A DNA stretch of 63,709 nucleotides, counting the filler, from an uncultured Methanosarcinales archaeon (GTDB taxonomy: Archaea > Nanobdellota > Nanobdellia > Woesearchaeales > JAGLXL01): the NCBI GenBank assembly GCA_964472345.1. It is 3 parts of 3 records of this genome, joined end to end, with 100 filler letters (N's around TTAATTAATTAA, not from the genome) between each part and the next. Parts side by side here need not be neighbours in the genome. Positions count along the whole stretch, not along the records: positions 29,166 to 53,689 come from CAYYLB010000009.1; positions 53,790 to 63,709 come from CAYYLB010000047.1; 1 more part is not named here. The stretch is one strand, 5' to 3'. The notes under the pieces are model-generated. The model was not told the DNA's origin. It ran no database searches and saw only the letters and a program-made list of their open reading frames with translations. The position numbers and the translations under genes are program-made. Shown here in pieces: positions 50,935 through 60,179 of the stretch. The stretch's first letter is position 1. The number at the start of each line of letters is the position of its first letter.

Positions 50935-52140
50935 ATGCTCCCCTGGACACTCCAGTACGCGCCGAAGGCAACCGGCGATATCATAGGCCAGGACCATGCG
51001 GTTGCGTTCCTCAAGCGGTTCGTCGCGGACTTCAAAAAGCAGCGGAAGCGCGCCTTGCTGCTCTACGGGCCTCCGGGCTCGGGGAAGACATGCAGCGTGT
51101 ACGCGCTCGCCAGGGAGCTGCAGCATGAGGTGCTTGAGGTCAACGCGAGCGATTTCCGCGATGAGGCGAGGCTGAGCGCGAGCATCGGCCAGGCAAGCGT
51201 GCAGCGCTCCCTGTTTGCTGCGTCAAAAATCCTGCTGGTGGACGAAGTGGAGGGCGTCTTCGGCAGGGAAGACCAGGGCGCGGTGCCGACGCTGGTGAAG
51301 CTGATCAAGAAGACCGCGTTCCCCATCATCCTGACGGCAAACAACCCCTGGGACCGGAAGTTCTCGCCGCTGCGCTCCGCTGCCGAGCTGCTCGAGTTCA
51401 AGCGGCTTGACCACCAGACGGTTCTGGCATTGCTGCGCACGGTGGCCGCCGCGGAGAAGATTGAGTACGAGGAGAAGGCGCTTGCATCGCTGGCGAGAAG
51501 GGCAGGTGGAGACGTGCGCGGCGCGCTGATCGACCTGCAGACGCTGGTGGAAGGCAATAGCTTCACGATGGATCAGCTCAACCTGCTGAGCGAGCGGCAC
51601 CAGATGGACACGATCTTCAACGCGCTGCTGCGCGTCTTCAAGACGATGGACGCGTTCGTCGCGCGCATGGCGTTTGAGGATGTCGAGGAGGACCTGAACA
51701 CGGTGCAGTTGTGGATTGACGAGAACCTGCCGAAGGAGTACACGCGTGCAGCGGACCTGTTCCGGGCGTACGAGAAGCTGTCGCGTGCGGACGTCTTCCG
51801 CGGCAGAATCATGAGCCGGCAGCACTGGCACTTCCTCGCCATGATCAACGTGCTGCTGAGCGTCGGCATCGCATTAAGCAAGGAGCGCAAGTACGAGACG
51901 TTTGTGCGATACACGCAGACGCAGCGCCTGCTGAAGCTCTGGCGCGCGAAGATGAAGTACCAGCAGCGCGCTTCCATCGCGGAGAAGATCGCGGAGAAGA
52001 CGCACTGCAGCACGCGCGTCGCGCTGCAGAGCGCGGTGCCGTACCTGCGTCTTGCTTTCCGGAAGGACGCGAAGAGGATGAAGCAGGTGGCGCAGGAGCT
52101 GGACCTGAACAAGGAGGAGGTGGGGTGGATGGTGGGGTGA
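50935..52140 (+). CDS. rfcL: Replication factor C large subunit
   Basis: PW...[33 protein letters not shown]. Confidence 0.95.
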   Translation: MLPWTLQYAPKATGDIIGQDHAVAFLKRFVADFKKQRKRALLLYGPPGSGKTCSVYALARELQHEVLEVNASDFRDEARLSASIGQASVQRSLFAASKILLVDEVEGVFGREDQGAVPTLVKLIKKTAFPIILTANNPWDRKFSPLRSAAELLEFKRLDHQTVLALLRTVAAAEKIEYEEKALASLARRAGGDVRGALIDLQTLVEGNSFTMDQLNLLSERHQMDTIFNALLRVFKTMDAFVARMAFEDVEEDLNTVQLWIDENLPKEYTRAADLFRAYEKLSRADVFRGRIMSRQHWHFLAMINVLLSVGIALSKERKYETFVRYTQTQRLLKLWRAKMKYQQRASIAEKIAEKTHCSTRVALQSAVPYLRLAFRKDAKRMKQVAQELDLNKEEVGWMVG

Positions 52141-52149
52141 TGCCGAGCG

Positions 52150-52530
52150 CTATTTTCCCCTATAACCAAATTTTTTGTCGTATTCTTTATGATCGATGAC
52201 ATCAAGCACGAAATCAATGATCTCCACCTCGTTCGACTGAATTGTATAGATCAGCCGCCAATAGTTTGACAGTTCGATCCGCCAAAGGTTGGTGACGCCA
52301 TACTTTTGCAGGTAGTAATGCGGAATCTGCCCCTTTTTTACCTGATCCCCGGCAAAAGGGTTCTCTTTCAGCCATCTTTTCACCCGCTCTATCGACCTGA
52401 GGAGAGATTGATGGACGGATGACGTGACGCCCCGTTTCAGCTCATCGCCAACAATCCGGTTTAACCCACCATATTCTTCGGCGGCTTCCGCTGACAGAAC
52501 GACTCGTACCTCTTTTCCTTTGAATGTCAT
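52150..52530 (-). CDS. RelE-like toxin
   Basis: LKENPFAG, NLWRIEL..YWRLIYT, H.EYDK.FGY. Confidence 0.75.
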   Translation of the reverse strand: MTFKGKEVRVVLSAEAAEEYGGLNRIVGDELKRGVTSSVHQSLLRSIERVKRWLKENPFAGDQVKKGQIPHYYLQKYGVTNLWRIELSNYWRLIYTIQSNEVEIIDFVLDVIDHKEYDKKFGYRGK

Positions 52531-52784
52531 AGTTCGGTTCCCCGGCTGATCGCTTCTCTCAGTTTTGGATTGTCGTTCCGTGTCCAGAGGATCCCTTTAT
52601 GGCCATCGAGAATGAGTCCCCGCTGCTCCATGTATTCCAAGATGACATTTAATGTCTGATGCATGATTTGGGCGGGCAACCGCTTCTTGAGTTCTTCACG
52701 GGTCAGCGTCGTTTCTGCCTCCTTGAGCACTTTTTCTACCATCAGCATCGTTTTCAGGTTTGGGTAATGAATAATCTCTTGCAT
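52527..52784 (-). CDS. wHTH antitoxin-like protein
   Basis: HYPNLKT..MVE, LP...MHQTL..ILEY; ATGA overlap with the toxin. Confidence 0.75.
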   Translation of the reverse strand: MQEIIHYPNLKTMLMVEKVLKEAETTLTREELKKRLPAQIMHQTLNVILEYMEQRGLILDGHKGILWTRNDNPKLREAISRGTEL

Positions 52785-52851
52785 TGGTCCACGAATTATA
52801 TTAGCTTATACTAATAATTGTATAAACTTATATATAAAAGTTTCGTTGCGG

Positions 52852-53028
52852 GGCTCTGGTGAGAGCCATGCACTGCCCCCTGATGGCGAGCGAGTAGGTG
52901 TACCTCGTACGACGCGCCAGGAACCGTTTTCCATCAAAAAGAAGAATGGATCTACAGTGGAAAGAACCTCGGGAAAACGGCGAGCGAGCGGCAGTGCCGA
53001 GCGTTAGCGAGAGGCTTTCACCAGAGCC
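52852..53028. mobile_element. MITE, 177 bp
   Basis: 16-bp TIR GGCTCTGGTGA(G/A)AGCC; 8-bp TSD CGTTGCGG at 52844-52851 and 53029-53036. Confidence 0.85.
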
Positions 53029-53088
53029 CGTTGCGGTGGAGTTGGCGGCGGCAAGAATCACGCGAGAAGGGGCTTGTTCATTGAAGCT

Positions 53089-53127
53089 CTGGACCTGAAC
53101 AATGAAGAGGTGGGGTGGATGGTGGGG
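53089..53127 (+). repeat. Duplicate of the rfcL 3' end
   Basis: 37/39 identical to 52099-52137. Confidence 0.92.
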
Positions 53128-53131
53128 GGCA

Positions 53132-53689
53132 TTAACCAACTGGTTCACAGTCGCAGCGCATGAGAATGGTGCATTCTGCTATGATAGCATAATTAGTTAA
53201 AGTCCTACCAGCGTAGGTTCTATGGCTCTCTTCTATGTGGTACTTACTCCATGTGACTGTTTGCACTTCTCCCAGCCAGAATTGTTCCCATTCCTCCCGT
53301 TCCTCGGGACTGGACGCTCCCCAATAACTAGTTAATAAATCCTCAAAATTCGGCGGTACTAAGGGGGGATAGACCGTAGAACATCCCTGCGCTAAGCAAA
53401 TCTCCCCGCACTGCTGCGTTAATGTTAATGTCTTTTCAGTGAAAACGTCACCGCCGATAGTGACAGTAGGGGAATAGACAGTAGGGGTATAGAGAGCCCA
53501 CAACACACAGTCATCCGTTGGAGGAGGGGAGGACTTTGCTTCCGCGAGCATCTCTTTCGCTTCAGCAAATTTCGCGTCAGCAAATTCTTCCGTTTCCTCG
53601 CCTTCAAAATAACCAAACTCACCAGTAGAATCGAGTTTTATTCTGCGAGTCTCCTCTACAACCGTATCTTGGCATTCCCCCCCACCCCT
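53132..53689 (-). CDS. Cys-rich protein, 5' end lost in gap
   Basis: Frame open up to the N run; C-terminal ECT..M.C.C like 49172-49795. Confidence 0.7.
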   Translation of the reverse strand, partial: RGGGECQDTVVEETRRIKLDSTGEFGYFEGEETEEFADAKFAEAKEMLAEAKSSPPPTDDCVLWALYTPTVYSPTVTIGGDVFTEKTLTLTQQCGEICLAQGCSTVYPPLVPPNFEDLLTSYWGASSPEEREEWEQFWLGEVQTVTWSKYHIEESHRTYAGRTLTNYAIIAECTILMRCDCEPVG

Positions 53690-53789
53690 NNNNNNNNNNN
53701 NNNNNNNNNNNNNNNNNNNNNNNNNNNNNNNNNTTAATTAATTAANNNNNNNNNNNNNNNNNNNNNNNNNNNNNNNNNNNNNNNNNNNN
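53690..53789. other. Artificial contig join
   Basis: N run containing TTAATTAATTAA. Confidence 0.95.
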
Positions 53790-53924
53790 CTGATTTCATT
53801 GTTTATAAACACATAAGAATGTTACGCAATTACGATACTAAACACGCTGGCCGGGCTACCAAAAACTATTTAAAGCAGATGAGCTTCCTTGGCGGCAGTA
53901 ATTCCTTCAAAGAGGTGTCATCGC

Positions 53925-54929
53925 ATGGCAAAGCAAAGCAAGGATCCGGCGCACGTCGCCGTCGTTGGCATTGTTTCTCTGGTCGCAGTTGTCGGTTTGG
54001 TGCTGCTGTTCGTTTCGGTCGCGCCGTTCACGAATGTGGGGAAGGGGACGGAAGCGCTGAGGACGAAGACGAGCACCTATGAAGATACTACATTGGTGAA
54101 GTCAGGTGGGGAAGTTGTAAAAGGCGGTGAAGCCGTCGCGAAGGGATTAGCAGAAGCTACGGCATACAAACAGGCAGTGGTACGAGCGTTTACTGCGGTA
54201 AGCAGCAAGTCGCCGGCAGGGCTGGTGGAACTGCATGGAACACTCTATCCACAAGACAGCACGGGAGATGGTGTGGTTGGCTCGGAAAGTGCGATTGCAT
54301 TCCCGCACCTGAGCACGCTGCTTGAGCAGAACGCCATCGGGTTACAGTATGCGAAGGCGCTGCGGCTGCAGTTTTTCCCGCTGCTGAGAAGCGGCTGCGA
54401 GTCAGGCTTTACCCGCTATAATGGCGAGATGCGCTATGGTGTTGACAAGAACGGCAATGGCCAGGACGAGTGCAGAGATGTTGCTGGTACGCTCGCAGAG
54501 CCAGGCGCAGCGGGGCGCGAGCTGATGACCCTCGCCTGTAGAAGCTTCTGCGGAGAGCAGGATGAGTGCCAGTATGTTGGGCCTGATGTAAAGAAGGATG
54601 CCGATGCCGTGCCACTGTTCGTTCCAGGCACGATAACAAATGAGTGCACGCAGACCCTTCTGAGCGGAGAGCTTCCTCCGACGGTCAAGAGTGACCTTGT
54701 CGGCTATGGGACCGCCATATGCAAGCAGGAGGAGGAAAATGCAGCAGATGAAGGCACTGATGTTTCCGATGGCTGTGAGGCGTGCCTTGCTGGAAATGCC
54801 GATGCCTGTGTTGAGCGGGCAAAGAAGCACTTCACCAGCGATGCCAGCGAACGGGGAGAAGACCCCATCCTTGTGAAGAAGCACGAGGAAGGCAGGGTGT
54901 GGTGTGAGTGTGCGCCGAAGACTGCGTAA
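53925..54929 (+). CDS. Cys-rich membrane-anchored protein
   Basis: N-terminal TM GIVSLVAVVGLVLLF; SD GAGGTG; many Cys. Confidence 0.8.
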   Translation: MAKQSKDPAHVAVVGIVSLVAVVGLVLLFVSVAPFTNVGKGTEALRTKTSTYEDTTLVKSGGEVVKGGEAVAKGLAEATAYKQAVVRAFTAVSSKSPAGLVELHGTLYPQDSTGDGVVGSESAIAFPHLSTLLEQNAIGLQYAKALRLQFFPLLRSGCESGFTRYNGEMRYGVDKNGNGQDECRDVAGTLAEPGAAGRELMTLACRSFCGEQDECQYVGPDVKKDADAVPLFVPGTITNECTQTLLSGELPPTVKSDLVGYGTAICKQEEENAADEGTDVSDGCEACLAGNADACVERAKKHFTSDASERGEDPILVKKHEEGRVWCECAPKTA

Positions 54930-55141
54930 GAATTTTTTCTTTTTCTTTATTTTTTCATAGTGTGGTTTTTTTCATTGTGTGGTAGGAAACGAACTTCGCC
55001 ATGCTCCGCGAAGTGTCTCGGTTTGATGTTGTTCATATCGTCGTAGAAAGCGTTGCGAGAGATTGTATGCTGCCCAATTTACGACAAAAACCCCTAACGA
55101 TAAACAACACGAGGCTGGCTCAGTTCGCATGCTCCGCACCG

Positions 55142-55516
55142 CTACAGAATATCCACCTGCGGCAGGTCCCCGAAGTCTTTGTCTTTCGTTACGATCCTGA
55201 GATCATAGAGCTGCGCCGTCGCGAGGATGATGGAGTCAACCATCCCCCACTTCCAGATTTTCTTTTTTCTCGTCGCATTCAGCTCGCCGGCAAGAAAGGC
55301 GGTCTTCCCACTGAGTGGAAGGATCTCCGAGAGGTCAGCGACGTACCGGATCAGCTGTTTCCCGTCCCTGCCGTTTTTCATTGCCCATTGCGACAATTCC
55401 GCGATGGAGATGACGGCCGTGCAGCACGCCTGCGTTTCGAGGAGCTGTTTGACCCTTCGGCCCATTTCACTCTTCAAGAAGTACTCAACCCACGCAGAGG
55501 TGTCGAAAATCCACAT
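55142..55516 (-). CDS. vapC: VapC PIN toxin
   Basis: IFDTSAWVEY, DSIILATA, VTKD.DF. Confidence 0.92.
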   Translation of the reverse strand: MWIFDTSAWVEYFLKSEMGRRVKQLLETQACCTAVISIAELSQWAMKNGRDGKQLIRYVADLSEILPLSGKTAFLAGELNATRKKKIWKWGMVDSIILATAQLYDLRIVTKDKDFGDLPQVDIL

Positions 55517-55741
55517 TCACCAGCGCTCCGTCCTGTCCGTTCCTTTCTCCCTCGTGAACGGCGTTGCCCCTTTCGCGATCCCAAACGCCTCTTCTATCAG
55601 CCTGAGTTTTTTCTGTTTGAGGAGCTGGATCTCAACCTCCTCACCCGTCCTGAGCTGCGCATTTTTTGCCACGCGGCCCGGTATCAGCACGCCAAGCGAT
55701 GTTCCGACCTTCCGCACCTTCGCCTTGAAGAGCTCCTGCAT
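55517..55741 (-). CDS. AbrB-type antitoxin
   Basis: KVRKVGTSLGVLIP. Confidence 0.9.
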   Translation of the reverse strand: MQELFKAKVRKVGTSLGVLIPGRVAKNAQLRTGEEVEIQLLKQKKLRLIEEAFGIAKGATPFTREKGTDRTERW

Positions 55742-55959
55742 ATTATAATCTATTATAATCAGGTATATAAACTTTCCGCAGCCTAGCTTTCGCGTTTGAA
55801 GCGTATCCGAACGCTCCATGGACTAGGAGGATTTTCTATAATTGGGATATGGATAATGATAGTTATAATTGTGCATCTTCTGCAAGCAGGATTCACGGCG
55901 TTTGGCTCCCACGACAGGGCCACAGAATTCCCCTGGCCTGCTCTGCGCGTTTGCTTTCA

Positions 55960-56253
55960 TCAGCGCGGTGCGCCAGACTCGTACCCTTCCAGCCTCGGCC
56001 TCCACTCCGAATGCCCGAACTGGATGATCATGTCCACGCCGAGCTTTTCAAGGCCCACAGGAACGTCGCACGCGCCGAAGCACGATCCGGCCCAGAAGAT
56101 GATCTCCGCGCCGGTCTTTTCCTCAAGCTCGCGCTGGATGTCCGCTGCCTTCGGCTTCAGCCCGTCGGGCAACTGGATGCAGACACGCCTGGCGTTCTCA
56201 CGCGTGATGGCTTCAGTTGCACGTTCCAGTTCGAGGTTGAGATTGAGCATCAT
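55960..56253 (-). CDS. Dph2 N-terminal-domain-only protein
   Basis: IQLPDGLK, SCFGACD, QFGHS. Confidence 0.85.
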   Translation of the reverse strand: MMLNLNLELERATEAITRENARRVCIQLPDGLKPKAADIQRELEEKTGAEIIFWAGSCFGACDVPVGLEKLGVDMIIQFGHSEWRPRLEGYESGAPR

Positions 56254-56326
56254 GGAAGAGACGGCCTAAAGCAGGCAGCGTTTCGCGCAGCGCGCTGGAA
56301 TCAGCAACACTCTCAGCAAGAACTCC

Positions 56327-56536
56327 TTAATAACCCTTTGCGTATGCATACTGGGGCTGCTCGCCCTTCTGCGCATCGAGCTCTTCGACGCGCTTCTCAA
56401 GATCCTGGATGCGGAGCTGGAGCTTGCCGTATTCGTTGGTCAAGGAGAACAGGGCATTGCTGAGCCGCCTTCTCGTTTCAGTGATGTCCTGCCTGACGAG
56501 CGCAAATGCCCGCTTGAGCCTGAAGTGGAAGTCCAT
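56327..56536 (-). CDS. Small coiled-coil protein
   Basis: 69 aa, heptad pattern, TATA box at about 56560. Confidence 0.65.
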   Translation of the reverse strand: MDFHFRLKRAFALVRQDITETRRRLSNALFSLTNEYGKLQLRIQDLEKRVEELDAQKGEQPQYAYAKGY

Positions 56537-56680
56537 GCAGCCCGCAGAGCAGCGCTTGTATTTAAATGTTACTATCTAAAAGTGATGCCTTTTCCAAAGA
56601 ACTACCCCTATAACCCGGATAACACATAGCCCAAATGAACCAAAAACTTAAATAACCATCTTTCTTCCCTAGTAATCACC

Positions 56681-57091
56681 ATGAAAACACCCCTTTCCGC
56701 AGCAATCGCCGTCATAATGCTCCTCTTGCTGAGCGCATGCGGCGCACCCTACCAGGCCCCGCAGGCAGCACCGCAGGCGGCAGAGCCATCTTCCGGCGCG
56801 GAGCAAAATCCGGTCCAGCCGCCAACGCCGCCGACGGCACCCGCGGGAGCCGCACTGCCTTCACCGGCCGCAGCAGCGCAGCCATTCGAGGTCGTCACGC
56901 AGACGGAAACCGAGCTTGTGCTCCGCTGCCGCGGCGTTTCCGAGGAGGCGTGCAAAGAGGAATGCTTTGCTCGCTTCGGCGCAACATCTTCCGGCGACCC
57001 GTGCTACGCCATGGACAAGCTGATGAAGTACATCTACAAGGAGATCAGCATCGCCGGTGAAACGGCAGGCGAGTGCCGGGCGTATTGCTGA
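56681..57091 (+). CDS. Putative lipoprotein with Pro/Ala linker and Cys-rich C-terminus
   Basis: Lipobox-like LSAC. Confidence 0.75.
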   Translation: MKTPLSAAIAVIMLLLLSACGAPYQAPQAAPQAAEPSSGAEQNPVQPPTPPTAPAGAALPSPAAAAQPFEVVTQTETELVLRCRGVSEEACKEECFARFGATSSGDPCYAMDKLMKYIYKEISIAGETAGECRAYC

Positions 57092-57271
57092 AGGCCCTTA
57101 GTGGTGCCCTGCAAGCCCCGCTCCCAGCGCCTCGACGGCTAACTATGAGTTTTCCTTGTGCCACCCCGAACAGCAGCACGAGAATCCCGCACCTGCGCCT
57201 AGTATACTTATTAGGATATCTAGTATACATAATAGTAATATTTATATATTAGTATGCCTATTCTAGGTGCC

Positions 57272-57400
57272 ATGAGGCTGACGCCCAAGCTGTGGTATCT
57301 GCAGCAGGAATTTGTGCGGGAGAACCGCGCAGTCCAGCGGCAGTGGGTTGCAGACAGCATACGGCTGACCGCACAGCAGCAGGCGACGATCGCCTCCTGA
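57272..57400 (+). CDS. Small ORF (42 aa)
   Basis: MRLTPKLWYLQQEFVREN...; TTTATATA about 25 nt upstream. Confidence 0.5.
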   Translation: MRLTPKLWYLQQEFVRENRAVQRQWVADSIRLTAQQQATIAS

Positions 57401-57479
57401 CATTCAGGGGCTCCCGACAGAACCTTGTTTCTGACGATCCAACCACCCCTCACGATCCGGGGGCCCTTCCTCCTCACCA

Positions 57480-57778
57480 CTCACGCGCGGCTGATGGATG
57501 GTATCGGCCGCAGAAAGCACATGCATGGGGAACCAATCCTCAGCCGACCAAGGATCAGCGGAATCGGGTCCATGGTGGCCTACGAGGGACTTCCTTCCCT
57601 ATCATGATGAAATCAGGGAAAAAGAGGTAGCGGGGGCCGGTGAGCCTCCCAACAGGCGGACGGTGATCAGCTGTCCGAGGCTTGGGGCGTGAAGCCCTGA
57701 GCAGGAAAGGGCAAAAGCACCGCAACATGCGTTGTGCGACGGAGGTGGGCTCAGGCCGAGTTCCACCCCGGCTTTTTT
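57480..57778 (+). ncRNA. Candidate structured RNA
   Basis: Consecutive GC-rich stems ending in a stem plus T6; no credible protein. Confidence 0.4.
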
Positions 57779-57917
57779 CCATCAAAGGGCCGTATACCAA
57801 AAAAGTAGGCCGGCGGGGCAAACGACGCAGCAGCACCGGACGCCGCACCAGCCGGATTTTGAAACGCAACTCTTTCGAGGCATACTTTTATTAAATGAGA
57901 AAATCTTTTCCCCCATC

Positions 57918-59258
57918 ATGGAAAAGGGGTTTGTCATTGCGCTTCTGCTGCTCTTTATCACCTCCTGTGCTCCGCCATCGCCGGAATCCATCAGCCAGGG
58001 GGGTGGGGCAGGGGCTGCAGAAGGGAGTACTGCCAGCCCTTCGGAACCGGCAGAACAATCGGCTTCCGCAGAGCAACATGCCCCTGGGCGGCCGCAAACG
58101 GACGCGCATCGGCCCTCTGCAGGATACTGGTCTCCCCTCTTTACAAAACTCGAAGGCTGTGAAGAGAAAGACGTAACCTTCACCGCAGCGCCGCTTGAGC
58201 TTGAGGTGATCATCGCGGTGGAGCCTCAGGGGGAGCTGACGGACATCACCTCAGGGCACATCACCCCCGGCGACCATGTCGGTTTCCAGTACCCGAAAGA
58301 CGGAAGCTACAACGTCTACGCGATCGGCGACGGGGTGCTGAAGCGGGTTGAGCGGAACAGGAACTTCTTTGATGCAAGGGGAAGTGATGCAAAGAATTAT
58401 CATCTCTACTTTGAGTATTCCTGCTCGATTTTCGGCAGCTACGTGCACGTGACTGCGCTCGATCCTGCGCTGCTCGCTGCAGATGGAATGTTGCGCGCAC
58501 TTGACGCCCTTCCTGAGGCCGGCAATGAGCAGGACACGAACATCAATGTGAACATCCCCGTCGCGGCGGGACAGGTGCTCGGAAAAACCAAGGCCTATGG
58601 CCTGCTGGGGATGCTGACGGTGGACACGGGGGTCACATTGGCCGGGTTTGCGGTTCCCGAAACGTACCAGGGGGAGCCGTGGAAGATCCATGCGGTCCCG
58701 CCATTTGACTATTTTGCGGAGCCGGTGCGCAGCAGGCTCCTGGCAAAAAACCCCCGGACAAAAGAGCCCCGCGGCGGGAAGATCGATTTTGATGCTGATG
58801 GCAGGCTGGCGGGCAACTGGTTCCTGCAAGGCACCGGCTACCGCGGCACCGCCGAGCAGGCTTTTTGCGGCGACTACCTCTGCCCGTACTGGGATGGCCA
58901 TCTCGCGTTGGTGTACGACTTTGTCGATCCTGCCCAGATCCGCGTTTCCGTCGGCTACGATACGGGAATCGCTGCGCGCGGACCCTATGGCGTGAAAGGG
59001 AATGCACCTGATCCCGCGGCCGTCCGGGCTGAGGATGGCATCGTCCGATATGAGCTGGTTGCGCTGGACGATATCGGCAGCCAGTTTGGCTACGTCACTG
59101 CAGGAAAGCCGCTGTACACCCTCAGCAGCGGGCGGGCCGTCGGGACGCTGCTCGCTCAGCTGGTTGATGAGCGCACGCTGAAGGTGGAAGTGTTCCCCGG
59201 CAAGGCAGCTTCTTCCGTGAGCGGGTTCACGCGTGCGGCACGGGTGTATACGCGGTGA
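57918..59258 (+). CDS. Putative lipoprotein, M23-like fold
   Basis: ITSC lipobox-like site; HITPGDH, VYA..DG, IPV.AGQVLG. Confidence 0.7.
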   Translation: MEKGFVIALLLLFITSCAPPSPESISQGGGAGAAEGSTASPSEPAEQSASAEQHAPGRPQTDAHRPSAGYWSPLFTKLEGCEEKDVTFTAAPLELEVIIAVEPQGELTDITSGHITPGDHVGFQYPKDGSYNVYAIGDGVLKRVERNRNFFDARGSDAKNYHLYFEYSCSIFGSYVHVTALDPALLAADGMLRALDALPEAGNEQDTNINVNIPVAAGQVLGKTKAYGLLGMLTVDTGVTLAGFAVPETYQGEPWKIHAVPPFDYFAEPVRSRLLAKNPRTKEPRGGKIDFDADGRLAGNWFLQGTGYRGTAEQAFCGDYLCPYWDGHLALVYDFVDPAQIRVSVGYDTGIAARGPYGVKGNAPDPAAVRAEDGIVRYELVALDDIGSQFGYVTAGKPLYTLSSGRAVGTLLAQLVDERTLKVEVFPGKAASSVSGFTRAARVYTR

Positions 59259-59431
59259 TTTCCCCGGCCCTGACCGCTGAGCAGAACAAAAACATTTAAA
59301 AAGGGGCCTTTATTCTGCCCTCTTTCCGGAAGCAGTTTGACAACACGGTAACCAAACCCGGAGGATAGCTGTTGATCTGCTTCTGGGGAAATGCATACCA
59401 TACGCACGCGTTGCTGCGGAGGAAACACACC

Positions 59432-59623
59432 ATGAAAGGAAAAGTAAAGTTTTTCAACGAGAAGAAGGGATTTGGGTTCATCGCCGGTGATGATGGCAGT
59501 GAGTATTTCGTCCATCAGACCGGGCTGCAAGGGGGCGTGACGCTCCAGGAGAATGACGCAGTCACATTCGAGGTTGAACAGGGGGATCGCGGCCCGAAAG
59601 CCGTCCGTGTCAGCAAGGAGTGA
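59432..59623 (+). CDS. csp: Cold-shock protein
   Basis: KGKVKFFNEKKGFGFI, FVHQT, GDRGPKA. Confidence 0.96.
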   Translation: MKGKVKFFNEKKGFGFIAGDDGSEYFVHQTGLQGGVTLQENDAVTFEVEQGDRGPKAVRVSKE

Positions 59624-59650
59624 ATCCTTGTTCTTTTTTATTTCTTTATC

Positions 59651-60073
59651 TTAAATATCCACAATAACCCTCGCCACCCACTGCCCATTTTCCTGCTTCA
59701 CCTCAAACTGGTGCAGCGTGATGGCTTTCGCGTCCACCCTGAGCGTGTGCTTCTTCGGGTCGATCGTCTCGCCGGAACAGGCCGCGTCCAGCCGGTAGCT
59801 GCTGTTTCTGGTGATGGCGACGTCGAATGCTGAGAAGAGAAGCAGTTCCGCATCCTTGATGAAGATCAGCTCCTGCAGGAAATCAAACAGCAGCATCTCG
59901 ACGCCGTCGTTTTCAAGCGTCACGGTGCGCCTTTCCCTCGCCGCGACGGTCGCTGTCTCGACCTGAATCTCCTGCAGCGCCAGCGCGGCGTTCGCGAACA
60001 GCTCGCCGAGATCCTTGCCGTACGCCTCGAACCTGCTGTCAGCCGTATGCTCAAGGAAGCGGAATTTGCGCAT
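59651..60073 (-). CDS. Archease
   Basis: FLEHTAD, KAIT.H, C-terminal VDI. Confidence 0.95.
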   Translation of the reverse strand: MRKFRFLEHTADSRFEAYGKDLGELFANAALALQEIQVETATVAARERRTVTLENDGVEMLLFDFLQELIFIKDAELLLFSAFDVAITRNSSYRLDAACSGETIDPKKHTLRVDAKAITLHQFEVKQENGQWVARVIVDI

Positions 60074-60179
60074 GCAGCGGTGAAATACGGCCTGCTTATA
60101 AGAGTTCTGCCCGTTCCGGCTCAAGGCAAAGCCAAAGCATTAAATAATCGCCGCGATTCCCGTGCAACAAAGAGGTCCG

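Noticed and set aside
57400..57778. RNase P RNA, SRP RNA or group II intron
   Set aside because: No complete P4 pair, SRP helix-8 motif or domain V recognised on either strand
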